From an archaeon GW2011_AR15 (lineage in GTDB: Archaea > Nanobdellota > Nanobdellia > Woesearchaeales > GW2011-AR15), in the NCBI GenBank assembly GCA_000830295.1, contig CP010425.1, positions 512,001 to 576,000 of the forward strand: 64,000 nucleotides of DNA, written 5' to 3'. Each line of letters begins with the position of its first letter. The stretch's first letter is position 1. The translations under genes were made by a program, and so were the position numbers. The notes under the pieces were generated by a model that did not search any database, was not told where the DNA came from, and saw nothing but the letters and a program-made list of their open reading frames with translations. Of the stretch, positions 28,685-38,750 are shown piece after piece.

Positions 28685-29755
28685 ATGCCATATAAAAACA
28701 TGAATAGATGGTCTTCTGAAAAAGCAAACAACTGGTATAAGAAGCAGGGCTGGATTGCAGGAATTAATTTCATCCCGAGCAATGCCGTCAACCAGCTGGA
28801 GATGTGGCAACAAGAGACTTTTGACCAGAAAACCATTGACAGGGAGCTGGGATATGCTGAAAAACTTGGCTTCAATGCTGCAAGAGTTTTCCTGCACAAT
28901 CTCCTCTGGGAGCAGGACCCAGAAGGGTTTGTAAAAAGAATAGAAGCATATCTAAAAATAGCTGATAAGCGCGGCATTAAAACAATGTTTGTTCTTCTTG
29001 ATGGCGTATGGAATCCTTTTCCCAGACTTGGAAAACAGCCGGAGCCTCTGCCCTACATTCACAATTCAGGTTGGGTCCAGAGCGCCGGAGCAGAATATCT
29101 CAGAGATGAAAGCAGGCATCCGCTGATAGAGTCATATGTGAAAGGCATAGTAAAGCATTTCGCGGATGACAGAAGAATCCTGATGTGGGATATTTTCAAT
29201 GAACCGAACAATCCCAACAGGGGATATATCGGAAAAGAAATCGTGAACAAGGAAAAAGCAGCCTTCAGGCTGCTTGCAAAGGCATTCTCATGGGCGCGGG
29301 ATGCAAAGCCATCACAACCTATAACAGCAGGTGTATGGGGCAGCATGCTGTTTGGCATAATATGGAAAAAAAGAATAAACCAGTTTATGCTGGCCAATTC
29401 AGATGCCATCACTTTCCACAGTTATAGGTCCGCAGGAAAACTGGAAAAGGAGATATTATATCTAAAAAAATTCAAACGCCCGGTCATCTGCACTGAATAC
29501 ATGGGAAGGCCATACAGCACTTTTGAGACATGCATGCCGGTCTTCAAAAAGCACAATACCGGCTGCTTCAGCTGGGGGCTTGTATCAGGGAAGACGCAGA
29601 CAATTTACCCGTGGTCATCATGGGCTTTAAGGCAGAAAAAAGAGCCAACAGTATGGTTTCATGACATTCTGAGGAAAGACGGGACAGCTTTCAACGAGAA
29701 AGAGGTTGAATTTATAAAAAATTTCACTAAAAAAACCTCCCACCATATTATCTGA
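28685..29755 (+). CDS. Glycoside hydrolase, GH5-like clan A, no signal peptide
   Basis: WDIFNEP acid/base, TFHSY, PVICTEY nucleophile, WGLVSGKTQT. Confidence 0.85.
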   Translation: MPYKNMNRWSSEKANNWYKKQGWIAGINFIPSNAVNQLEMWQQETFDQKTIDRELGYAEKLGFNAARVFLHNLLWEQDPEGFVKRIEAYLKIADKRGIKTMFVLLDGVWNPFPRLGKQPEPLPYIHNSGWVQSAGAEYLRDESRHPLIESYVKGIVKHFADDRRILMWDIFNEPNNPNRGYIGKEIVNKEKAAFRLLAKAFSWARDAKPSQPITAGVWGSMLFGIIWKKRINQFMLANSDAITFHSYRSAGKLEKEILYLKKFKRPVICTEYMGRPYSTFETCMPVFKKHNTGCFSWGLVSGKTQTIYPWSSWALRQKKEPTVWFHDILRKDGTAFNEKEVEFIKNFTKKTSHHII

Positions 29756-29807
29756 AAAGCTAAACCTATACGATATATTTATAAAGCAACTTTTTTTCCA
29801 AGAAGGT

Positions 29808-30074
29808 ATGCCAGAGCCAAGATTCAGGTCAAGGACATATAGGAGAATAACTAAGAAGCTCCCAGGAGGAGACCATGTTATTCACTATGCCAAAAGGAAG
29901 CCCGGAGTGGCCAAATGCGCCAAATGCGGCGCCTCTCTTAAAGGCATACCAAGAGAAAGACCATACAAGATGCAGATCCTTGGCAAGAGCAAGAAGAGGA
30001 ACGAGAGGCCATACGGCGGAAACCTCTGCTCAAAATGCTCAAGGCAGCTGATAAAAAAGGAAGCTAGACAATAA
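29808..30074 (+). CDS. rpl34e: 50S ribosomal protein L34e
   Basis: RSRTYRR...PGG, CAKCG..LKGIPR, RPYGGNLCSKC. Confidence 0.95.
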   Translation: MPEPRFRSRTYRRITKKLPGGDHVIHYAKRKPGVAKCAKCGASLKGIPRERPYKMQILGKSKKRNERPYGGNLCSKCSRQLIKKEARQ

Positions 30075-30104
30075 GTACATAACGTACTTGGCGGCAGGCG
30101 TGAT

Positions 30105-30512
30105 GTGAAAATGTACGAAACAGGAAGATTATGCGTGAAGATTGCCGGCAGAGATGCCAGGCAGAAATGTGTTATAATAGAAGTTCTTGATGATAATTTT
30201 GTCATGATAGACGGCCAGACAAGAAGAAGAAAGTGCAACATAAAGCACCTTGAGCCTCTTGATAAGGTCCTTAAGCTCAAAAAAGGAGCATCCCATTCAG
30301 ATGTTGTTTCTGCTCTCAAAAGCGAAGGTATTGAAGTGACTGAAAGAAAAACAAAAACCAAGAAAGAAAGAATAGTCAAAAAGAGAAAAGCAGCAGGGGA
30401 AATTGCCGAAAAGACAACTGAAGAACCTGCAAAAAAAGAAGAGCCTAAAGCAGTCAAGCCTGCCAAAGAGACAAAGAAAAAAGCAGAACTAAAAGAGAAG
30501 AAGAAAAAATAA
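30105..30512 (+). CDS. rpl14e: 50S ribosomal protein L14e with Lys-rich tail
   Basis: GRLCVKIAGRDA..KCVI, RRKCNIKHLEP. Confidence 0.93.
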   Translation: MKMYETGRLCVKIAGRDARQKCVIIEVLDDNFVMIDGQTRRRKCNIKHLEPLDKVLKLKKGASHSDVVSALKSEGIEVTERKTKTKKERIVKKRKAAGEIAEKTTEEPAKKEEPKAVKPAKETKKKAELKEKKKK

Positions 30513-30522
30513 TTTTTCTTAA

Positions 30523-31341
30523 TTACTTATTTTTGGCAACAACCTTCATTTCTTTCCATGCAAGCTCGAACAATTCTCCAAGCGCGCTTGCGAAGAAAGG
30601 CGTGTTTACCCAGATTCCCACGTCATAAGTTGGGTGGACATCCATGTCATCATTTACCATGAACATCATTTCTTTGTTATCCACTATGATAAGCCTTGCC
30701 TTTATTTTTGTGTTCCTTATCTCAGCATGCTTTGCAGCTTCCTTAAGGCCTTTATGATTAGGGTCTGTTATAGGGGCGGCAATCCTTATTTTGACCCCTC
30801 TCTTGTGGAGCTCGTCAAATAAGGGACCGAGAGCCTCAACTTTCCTTATCAGGCCCTGCTCTGTTGATATCATATCAACAGTCTTTTCAGCGCTCCTTAT
30901 CGTCATCTCCATATGATTATAGAGATTATGCCTTCCTCTCAGGCTTCCGCTCAGCTCGCTTGGCTCTATAAGCTCAATTCCCTGTGTGTGCAGTGAGCTA
31001 AGCTCCTGAAGAACATCAGTGGTTTTCAGGTTGTTAAGCCTCTCCACAGCGTCATCGGCATCTTTTCTCATATTTTTTTTGACACGCTCGACAACTTCAG
31101 TTGGCGGGACTGCAATATATTTTATCGGCTTGCCGATCTTCAAAACAACAAATCCTTTTTTCTCAAGGCTTTCAAGGACATCATATGACCTTGACCTTGG
31201 GACATTGGCAATATCAGAAAGCTCTCCTGCTGTTGATACTCCCCTTGAAAGCAGCGCTGTCCAGATCTTTACTTCATACAGATTTAGATTGAAATATCTT
31301 CTTAGCTTGCTAAGAAACTCATCTTTGACTATCATACTCAC
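30523..31341 (-). CDS. TrmB-family regulator (TrmBL2-like chromatin protein)
   Basis: LNLYEVKIW.ALL, VPRSRSYDVLESLEKKGF, C-terminal PLD-like domain. Confidence 0.88.
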   Translation of the reverse strand: MSMIVKDEFLSKLRRYFNLNLYEVKIWTALLSRGVSTAGELSDIANVPRSRSYDVLESLEKKGFVVLKIGKPIKYIAVPPTEVVERVKKNMRKDADDAVERLNNLKTTDVLQELSSLHTQGIELIEPSELSGSLRGRHNLYNHMEMTIRSAEKTVDMISTEQGLIRKVEALGPLFDELHKRGVKIRIAAPITDPNHKGLKEAAKHAEIRNTKIKARLIIVDNKEMMFMVNDDMDVHPTYDVGIWVNTPFFASALGELFELAWKEMKVVAKNK

Positions 31342-31494
31342 ACCCCGCGGTTATTTTAACTGGTTAAAAACTTAAAATAATTAATTGATACTAGTATTAA
31401 TAGGTTGCGGTTTTTTTACCCCTATGTAGTATATCTTCTTTGTCCCTGAATATAAAGAAAAATATATATAGACGCCAAATATAGCAATCATAAT

Positions 31495-32127
31495 ATGCAG
31501 TTGTCCCAAAAAGAGGTGGGGAAACTTCTTAAAAAATACAGGATAAGTATGCCTGAGACACATATTCTTAGCAGCAGCCATATAACCGGCACGGGCCTGA
31601 AATTTCCTGCAGTTCTGAAAGTGGATTCGCCTGAAGTAATCCACAAATCAGACATGGGGCTTGTATTTACAGGGCTGAGAAGCATCCATGATATCAACAG
31701 CAGTCTCCATACAGCGCAGACAATACTGGAAATGCACATGATAAAGGATTACAGCTTTGTATTGCAGGAGACTGCCAGGGGCCATGAGGTTATAATGGGG
31801 ATGAAGCGCGACAGGGCATTCGGCCCTGTTATTATATTCGGCCTTGGAGGCATATTTGTTGAGGTTATCAAAGACGTCAGCATGCGGATAGCTCCCCTGA
31901 CAAAAGAAATGGCCGCGGAAATGATTGAAGAGATAAAAGGGGCAAAAATACTAAGCGGCTACAGGAATACAAAGCCGGCAAATAAGGAAAAACTTGCAGG
32001 CCTGCTGGTGAAATTATCTGAATTATCAATAAAAGAAAAACATATACAGGAGATTGATTTCAATCCTGTAATCGCCAATGAAAAAGAGGCCGTAGTTGTG
32101 GATGCGAGGATGATAACAGATGCTTGA
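31495..32127 (+). CDS. acdB: ADP-forming acetate-CoA ligase, beta (ATP-grasp) subunit
   Basis: FPAVLKVDSP..IHKSD.G, FGPVIIFGLGGIFVE, EIDFNPV...VVDAR. Confidence 0.9.
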   Translation: MQLSQKEVGKLLKKYRISMPETHILSSSHITGTGLKFPAVLKVDSPEVIHKSDMGLVFTGLRSIHDINSSLHTAQTILEMHMIKDYSFVLQETARGHEVIMGMKRDRAFGPVIIFGLGGIFVEVIKDVSMRIAPLTKEMAAEMIEEIKGAKILSGYRNTKPANKEKLAGLLVKLSELSIKEKHIQEIDFNPVIANEKEAVVVDARMITDA

Positions 32128-33508
32128 GAATTTCTTCAGCCCAAAATCAGTGGCAGTGATAGGTGCGTCAAGGGAGAGAAGTTCTGCAGGCCAGGGAATC
32201 CTCAGGAGCCTTCTCAAAGGCGGAGTTTTCAGGAGCAGCACAAACAGGCCGTTCAGAGGAAAGATATATGCTGTTAACCCGAAGGCGGATAATATCCTCG
32301 GTGTAAAATGCTACTCCTCTGTGCTTGGCATAAAGGGGAAAATCGACCTTGCTGTGATTGCAGTCCCTGCAAAAATAGTCTCCAAGGTAATGAAAGAATG
32401 CATGCAGAAAAAAATACATGCGGTCATCATAATTTCGGCCGGGTTTTCAGAAGCAGGCCAGGAAGGGAAAGAATTGGAAAAGCAGATTCTTGAAATAGCC
32501 AGAAAAGGAAAAATAAGGATCTTGGGGCCGAACTGCCTGGGGCTGATGAGGCCTTCCTCAAATCTCAATGCATCTTTTGGTCCCTGCATGCCGAAAAAAG
32601 GAGATGTTGCTTTTTTTTCGCAGTCAGGAGCACTGATAGACAGCGTGATAGACTGGTCGCTTGAAAACAACTATGGGTTCAGCACAGTTGTTAGTATTGG
32701 AAACAAAGCAGACCTTACAGCAGAGGATTTTTTGCTGTGGGCGGAACACGATAAGGAGACAAAAGCAATTGCATTATATCTTGAAGACATAAAAGACGGC
32801 GGGAGATTCATGGCAGCAGCAAAAAGGGTTTCCGCAAAAAAGCCTATTGTGGCCTTGAAATCAGGAAGGCTGGAAACAGGCATGAAGGCTGTGTCAAGCC
32901 ATACAGGAGGACTGTCGGGAAGTTATGAAATTTACAAGACGGCATTCAGGCAGTCAGGAGTTCACATAGCGAACAGCGTAGATGATTTGTTTGAGATGAC
33001 TGAGGCGCTTGCCCATCAGCCGCCGTGCAGGAACGGAATTGCAATAATAACAAACGGCGGAGGGGCAGGAGTGCTGTGCGCTGACCACTGCGAAGAGCTC
33101 GGCGTAAAACTTACAGAGCTTAGCGAACATACAATAAGAAAGCTTGACAGCTCAGGAAAAATGCATCCGGCATACTCAAGAAGCAACCCGCTGGACCTGG
33201 TCGGCGATGCCCTTTCTGAAAGATATGATACTGCAATAGATACATTGCTCCAGCAAAAGGACATATACGGGCTGATAGTAATACAGACGCTGCAGACAAT
33301 GACACAGCCTATACTTGACGCTAAGGCAGTTCTAAGGGCAAGGAAAAAATATCCCGGCAAGCCCATAATAACAAGCTACATGGGAGGCAAGTTCTCAAGG
33401 GAGGCAGCCGAGCTTCTTGAAGCCAACAAAGTCCCTGATTTCAACGTGCCGTATAAGGCAGCAAAGGCAATGAAAGCACTGATAGACAGGTATCTGTGGC
33501 TGCATTAG
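32120..33508 (+). CDS. acdA: ADP-forming acetate-CoA ligase, alpha subunit
   Basis: PKSVAVIGAS, ISAGFSE, GPNCLG, SQSGA, phospho-His SHTG, NPLDL. Confidence 0.93.
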   Translation: MLENFFSPKSVAVIGASRERSSAGQGILRSLLKGGVFRSSTNRPFRGKIYAVNPKADNILGVKCYSSVLGIKGKIDLAVIAVPAKIVSKVMKECMQKKIHAVIIISAGFSEAGQEGKELEKQILEIARKGKIRILGPNCLGLMRPSSNLNASFGPCMPKKGDVAFFSQSGALIDSVIDWSLENNYGFSTVVSIGNKADLTAEDFLLWAEHDKETKAIALYLEDIKDGGRFMAAAKRVSAKKPIVALKSGRLETGMKAVSSHTGGLSGSYEIYKTAFRQSGVHIANSVDDLFEMTEALAHQPPCRNGIAIITNGGGAGVLCADHCEELGVKLTELSEHTIRKLDSSGKMHPAYSRSNPLDLVGDALSERYDTAIDTLLQQKDIYGLIVIQTLQTMTQPILDAKAVLRARKKYPGKPIITSYMGGKFSREAAELLEANKVPDFNVPYKAAKAMKALIDRYLWLH

Positions 33509-33513
33509 GTTTG

Positions 33514-33526
33514 GAAAGCTTTATAA
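33514..33526 (+). promoter_or_regulatory. BRE-TATA promoter (GAAAGCTTTATAA)
   Basis: The same or a near-identical string recurs at 44687 and 59273 upstream of genes. Confidence 0.6.
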
Positions 33527-33568
33527 TTAAGATAATTCCTGGATTCTGATTGGTGGGGTAAAATTTCA

Positions 33569-34657
33569 TTGCGTGATAATATGTGGGAATATGCATTTCT
33601 TGACGGGACAAAATATGAACCTTCTAAGCATGATGAATTAATCAAGAAACCGTTATGGGCATTTAGCTCAGAAGAGATGGAAGAAATGGGGCTCCCCCTA
33701 ATAAGAGATACGGCAATCACACAGAAATATTTTGACGTAATCCTTGCAGCTGACAAATCAAAACCTACTCCGGACCAGTCCGGTTTCTATGTTCACACAG
33801 GCGGGATGACTGAGAAAGGAAATATTGTATATGGGGGCAACCATGAAAAAGGGAGAGGAAAACAGGACACAATAACACACGGAGAAGAATCAGTTCTTGC
33901 AAGAGCGCTTGATGATTACGGAATAGAAGATCAGATTTCAATTATAGGCTTCTTAAGAGAAAAAGGGTTTGCCCCGGCCCCAAGGCATTGCGGACCGTGC
34001 AGGGACGGAATCCTGAAATATGACACAAGCAGGCTCAAGGTTTTCGGAGCCTCTAAAGACGGCGGGCATGTTGTGGTGTTGCCTTTCTCCAAATACCTGA
34101 AAGAAGATTTTGAAGAGACAGATGAATTCCTGGATTTTCCAGGAGAGCAAATTGAAACAGCTGTACATGGCCTGAAAATAGCATCATACAGAGGGCTTTC
34201 AGGAACTCCGGAACTTGAAAAGAAAATGGAAGACGGATTATATGGTGCAGTGATTGTGGCAAAGAACGGAAAGATGTGGAAAGGCAGTTTCAGGGGGGAT
34301 ACAGCATACCACTCTTCATATACAATTTCAGCTGCAATAGACACATTCAGGAATTCCGGATTGTTAAGAGGAAGGGATATAGATATAGAAAAACTGATTC
34401 TGGTGTCTCAGAATTCCGCTCCGCAAATTCCTTACAAGGACAGGCAATATTTCCTTGATTTTGCAGAATCAGTCCAGCTGTTCAACAACAGGGGGGATGA
34501 GCCTCTTCCTGTTTACATGCTCCAGGCTGATGAAAAAGGGGATATAGTGAAAGGATGGAAAACAGACTCATACGAATGGCTGCCTCTTCCATTTTCCGGA
34601 AAGCTGTTTGGTCTCGGCCCGTCCTACGTGAAGAATATAGAAGCGTTATTAATCTAG
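33569..34657 (+). CDS. Two-domain cytidine-deaminase-family protein (domain 1 active, domain 2 degenerate)
   Basis: SGFYV..., GGNHE, THGEES and HCGPCRD Zn motifs; second domain has PYKDRQ in place of PCxxC; ends EWLPLPF. Confidence 0.8.
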   Translation: MRDNMWEYAFLDGTKYEPSKHDELIKKPLWAFSSEEMEEMGLPLIRDTAITQKYFDVILAADKSKPTPDQSGFYVHTGGMTEKGNIVYGGNHEKGRGKQDTITHGEESVLARALDDYGIEDQISIIGFLREKGFAPAPRHCGPCRDGILKYDTSRLKVFGASKDGGHVVVLPFSKYLKEDFEETDEFLDFPGEQIETAVHGLKIASYRGLSGTPELEKKMEDGLYGAVIVAKNGKMWKGSFRGDTAYHSSYTISAAIDTFRNSGLLRGRDIDIEKLILVSQNSAPQIPYKDRQYFLDFAESVQLFNNRGDEPLPVYMLQADEKGDIVKGWKTDSYEWLPLPFSGKLFGLGPSYVKNIEALLI

Positions 34658-34806
34658 AAAATTACAGACAGATAATCTTCGGCATATTTATCTTCAACCC
34701 TCTATATTTTCCGGTTTATCCATATTCTCAAAAATATATAATACAATACTATATAATCTAAGATAAGAAATCTTTATAATTAAGTTTATTTTTAGGATTG
34801 GGTAGA

Positions 34807-37800
34807 ATGGCGGGGTTGGATAATTTAGTTTCTACTAATATACGCGACTTCCATGCAAAATTTTCAACTTCACCCGCCGAGCACATAGAAATTCCGAGCA
34901 CACAGAAACTAACCTCTACTGATAAATTTGACAAGACTCTTGAATACCTTACTTCTATCCAGAAATACAGCGGACTGGCTGCCCCGTCAATGCTGGCCAA
35001 TATAGGTGGGGTAGATGCAGCACTCAGTCTCTATGCCAATGTTGCACAAAAAACAAAGGGAACCCCACATATTCTTTTCATTGACAGGAACCCAAGCCAT
35101 ATAGATAATCTCCTGTTCAGGATGATTACTGCAGTGCTAAATCCGGGAAGCAGGAGGGAATATATTGCTGACATCTTTGGAGTTACTGATCCTGAGCAGA
35201 GGAAGAGCATCAACCCCGATTCAATCTCACTCGACGACAAGGTAATCAAAGCTTATGATGTAAGTAAGCATTACGAGATGCTTAAAGCAAAAGCAAAGGA
35301 GAAGTTTGCGGAAAGTCCCAAATTGCTTGAGGAATATCTTGAATCTATCTACAGGATAACAAACCATCTTGGGGCAAATTCAAACTACAGGCAGTTTGTA
35401 ACTGGCCTCAGAGCAAATATAGACGCAAACCCGAAAACCCATTACCTGGCCTCAGATGGCCTGTACAGGAGTGTATCAGGAGTAATAAAAAACGGCAGCA
35501 CATATGCCCACGTCATGTGGGGAGACATAACCCTCCCTGACGGTGAGGCAGCAATAAGGAAAGTCATAAAGAAATATGGGCTTTCAAAGGGAGGCACACT
35601 TCCTTTTGATATTGCATTTATTCCTGACCTTAAAAACAGCATGGACAGCCTTGTCCCTTTCCTGAGAAAAAATGTAGGGGACGTCATATATACCAGGAAA
35701 GATGTCAAGAAAAATGAGAGGTTTTTGGATACAGAGGACGCCAGCCAGCTTGTAATCTCAACAAAGAAAGCCAAGGAAATAGAAGGTTATAAAGAAGAAA
35801 AACTGAAACGGGTAAAGATAGGGGAAAAAGTGCGGGTCTCAAAGGCAGAGGCAAGGGAAGGCATCCCTCCGGTCCTTTTCCTTTCAAAGCTGGATATCGG
35901 CTCAAAATACTGCGATGAGAAAACCCTTGAATATATTACAGAGAAGGCAATAGGCGCGGGCGTGGAGCTTGCGCTGGTCAACGGGGCAGTTTACGGGCCT
36001 TTCTTTTTCTGGGAAAACAAGAGAAGAGCGCTGATTGATCCGGAGTATCCGACACTTGATGCCCAGTTGAGGAGATATGCTGAGTGGAGGCAGGGATTCA
36101 AGAAAGTAGTCCATATAATGAATGATAATGATTCCAAGATTATTGAAGACCTGAATGCGCTCTTTGTGAATGAATATATGAGGAGGACAGAAGGAAAACT
36201 GAATATAGGAACAAGCGTGGGATGGCAGAGGGAATACAGGAATTCAAGGTGGGATGATGCAAAAAGAATCATAAGGGACTGCGTATATCCGTTCCTTCTT
36301 TATCTGGGAGAGGATGCAGCAGGGCTATACACCGAAGACAACTACAGGTCGCCAATATTTGAGCTTGTTTCAGGATTCCAGAGGCTTGAAGAGGGCGGAA
36401 ACTTAAAGCCGGCGGAAAAAAAGGTTCTCCAGGGAAACAGGAAAAAAAGGAAGGCTTTTGAAGCAGTAATGAACCATGGCAATGACAAATTTGAGGTTGT
36501 CCATGAGTTCTCCAAGATGTTTGATGAGAAAAAGAACCTCGGCATAAGATACTCAGGAGGCTGGACATTCTCAAAAATCACAGAATACACAGACCCGATA
36601 TCTGTCCCAAAGCAGAACGTACTGAGGTCGCAGAACGGCCACCTGAAAGATGTGCTTAAGGAGCAGATTATAGCAGACGGAAGGGCAGCGATGCTGTATT
36701 TCAATGCAACAGACGGGGAGAGAGTGACTCTCCTTGTCCCTGGCATGGCGGATGACAGAAGATATTTCACAAATGAGTTCGCGCCAATAAGGCAGGTATT
36801 GCAGGATCCAACACACAAGAGGGCGTCACAGCAGAACAAGACCCTGAATGTGCCGGGCGGAGTTGTCATTTCAGGCGACATAAAGAAAAACATGACAATA
36901 GAGCCATATATTCCGTTCATAATTGAAAGGATGGAAAAAGTCCAGAAGACCGGAACACCATATGAAGAAACAGTAATCCCTATTATCCATGACGTTCAGA
37001 CAGGCTCAATCACTGAGAGAGTGGACATGTTCATGAAATTCCTTGACTATGCAATACATGAGAGAAAAGGAAAGGGAATACTTTCAGTAGGCGACCTTCT
37101 TCAGGGAAGGAATTACAGGGAAATGCCAAATGAGAACCACTGGCTTTCAACAGTTTCCATCAGTGTGCAGCAGGACAATGTAAATGAAATGATAAGGCCA
37201 TTTGTCCCTTACATTAAATTCTTCAAGATGGTTGACGGCAACCACGAGTGGAATTCTGACAGGCTGGCAACAGGAGTCAATTATCATGCAAACATGCGCG
37301 CAATGTTCAGGGAATACAACAGGCATGTTCCTGAGGAAAAACAAATTGATTTTGAGCACTTTGAATTTATAGAGAACAGCAAAGGCGAAATAGTAAAAGC
37401 GCCTTTTGGCAGCCATAAAGAGCAGGACGTAAACATTCTTTTTTCACACATGTATTCCCAAAAAGGCTCAGGAAAAGGAAGCAGCAGGAACCCGGTTACA
37501 CATATGGCCTCATGGCTTGATACAATAGGCAGCATCGCAGACCCTTTCAATATACTCCTTGGAGCGCATTATCACCAGGTTGAGATGATGGGAACAAACG
37601 GCAGGCTTGCTGCTATTCTTGGAAGCAACGCAGGGGAATCAGGGTTTGAGATGGCAAGAGGTTATGCCAGCGTGCCTATGAACGGCCTGCTTATTTTCAA
37701 GCCTGACGGAAGCATAGTTGTTGAGATAGTCTCTGAGCAGTTCTTCAAAAACTACAAGCCAAAGAATCCGGAGATAGTAGCTGCAGGAGGAGTTGATGCT

Positions 37801-37908
37801 TATCTGAAGAATGCATTCCAGCAGGCAGTGTATCCGTTGCATGACGGAATAAGGCAGGGATACGAGCTGCAGCCCTTCTACAAGAGAGAGCTTAAAATAT
37901 CAGAATAG
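34807..37908 (+). CDS. Large protein: putative Rossmann/SAM-binding-like N-terminus, degenerate phosphoesterase, intact calcineurin-like metallophosphoesterase
   Basis: C-terminal HDVQTG, VGDLLQG, DGNHE, SH and GAHYH motifs; central LFLSKLDIGS...LVNG...IMNDND as a degenerate copy. Confidence 0.7.
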   Translation: MAGLDNLVSTNIRDFHAKFSTSPAEHIEIPSTQKLTSTDKFDKTLEYLTSIQKYSGLAAPSMLANIGGVDAALSLYANVAQKTKGTPHILFIDRNPSHIDNLLFRMITAVLNPGSRREYIADIFGVTDPEQRKSINPDSISLDDKVIKAYDVSKHYEMLKAKAKEKFAESPKLLEEYLESIYRITNHLGANSNYRQFVTGLRANIDANPKTHYLASDGLYRSVSGVIKNGSTYAHVMWGDITLPDGEAAIRKVIKKYGLSKGGTLPFDIAFIPDLKNSMDSLVPFLRKNVGDVIYTRKDVKKNERFLDTEDASQLVISTKKAKEIEGYKEEKLKRVKIGEKVRVSKAEAREGIPPVLFLSKLDIGSKYCDEKTLEYITEKAIGAGVELALVNGAVYGPFFFWENKRRALIDPEYPTLDAQLRRYAEWRQGFKKVVHIMNDNDSKIIEDLNALFVNEYMRRTEGKLNIGTSVGWQREYRNSRWDDAKRIIRDCVYPFLLYLGEDAAGLYTEDNYRSPIFELVSGFQRLEEGGNLKPAEKKVLQGNRKKRKAFEAVMNHGNDKFEVVHEFSKMFDEKKNLGIRYSGGWTFSKITEYTDPISVPKQNVLRSQNGHLKDVLKEQIIADGRAAMLYFNATDGERVTLLVPGMADDRRYFTNEFAPIRQVLQDPTHKRASQQNKTLNVPGGVVISGDIKKNMTIEPYIPFIIERMEKVQKTGTPYEETVIPIIHDVQTGSITERVDMFMKFLDYAIHERKGKGILSVGDLLQGRNYREMPNENHWLSTVSISVQQDNVNEMIRPFVPYIKFFKMVDGNHEWNSDRLATGVNYHANMRAMFREYNRHVPEEKQIDFEHFEFIENSKGEIVKAPFGSHKEQDVNILFSHMYSQKGSGKGSSRNPVTHMASWLDTIGSIADPFNILLGAHYHQVEMMGTNGRLAAILGSNAGESGFEMARGYASVPMNGLLIFKPDGSIVVEIVSEQFFKNYKPKNPEIVAAGGVDAYLKNAFQQAVYPLHDGIRQGYELQPFYKRELKISE

Positions 37909-37917
37909 TTCTGGCAA

Positions 37918-38712
37918 TCAATCCATTTTCTTTATTATGAATTTATAAGTCAGATAGCCACTCACAAGGGAAATGCCAAAAGCAGCCAAAGTCCCGAATA
38001 CAAGCCCCAGAACAGGATAAAAATATCTTACTGCCCCGCTATAAACAGCAACATTTATCACTCCTGTGACAAGCAGGGTCTTTGCAAGCGCTGCTGAGAT
38101 TTTCGGTCCCCTGTATAAATGCGTTATTATCATTGTTGAACTGTACATGGCGGGAAATACAGAGAACATCCCTCCGAAAACAGGGCCGCCAAGCCTGCTG
38201 GCAAATACTGCAAATACGATTATTGCCCCGCTTATTGCTGCCCTTGCCAAAATTTGTAAGGGAGTATATCTGACTTTTATCCCTTTGGATGATTTTATTT
38301 TTAGCTTCTTTTCAAAGATATAATATGACATTAACAGTATCAGCAAACAAATCATAAGGGATACAGCATAATTTTCATATCCCACTGCGACAGCAATAAA
38401 AGCCAACACAAACCATACAGCTATCCCGGCTGCAATTGCCTTAAACGGGCCGTATTTTGCCATTAGTGCATAAACAACCAGGAACAACCCGCTGAACGAA
38501 AGGAAAAGGGGCTGCATCGTAGTTGCCTGGACAGCAACATCTGTTGACTCTACAAGACCTATAAAAAATATAGTTATCACGACAGTTGAAGGAAGCCCGC
38601 CTATTGCCCCGCCTATTTTGCTTCCAAATTTTTCTGCTATGGCTGTTGTAAGAATGACCCACAGGCTGCCGGTTACAAAGGCCAGAATTAAATTTGTTAA
38701 AAACTGATTCAT
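37918..38712 (-). CDS. Multi-pass membrane protein with two homologous halves (DUF3147-like)
   Basis: AEKFGSKIGGAIGGLP and ASRLGGPVFGGMFSVFP internal duplication; about eight TMs. Confidence 0.7.
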   Translation of the reverse strand: MNQFLTNLILAFVTGSLWVILTTAIAEKFGSKIGGAIGGLPSTVVITIFFIGLVESTDVAVQATTMQPLFLSFSGLFLVVYALMAKYGPFKAIAAGIAVWFVLAFIAVAVGYENYAVSLMICLLILLMSYYIFEKKLKIKSSKGIKVRYTPLQILARAAISGAIIVFAVFASRLGGPVFGGMFSVFPAMYSSTMIITHLYRGPKISAALAKTLLVTGVINVAVYSGAVRYFYPVLGLVFGTLAAFGISLVSGYLTYKFIIKKMD

Positions 38713-38750
38713 TAAGGCAGGTAACAGCAGACATTATTTTAATTTTGCTA

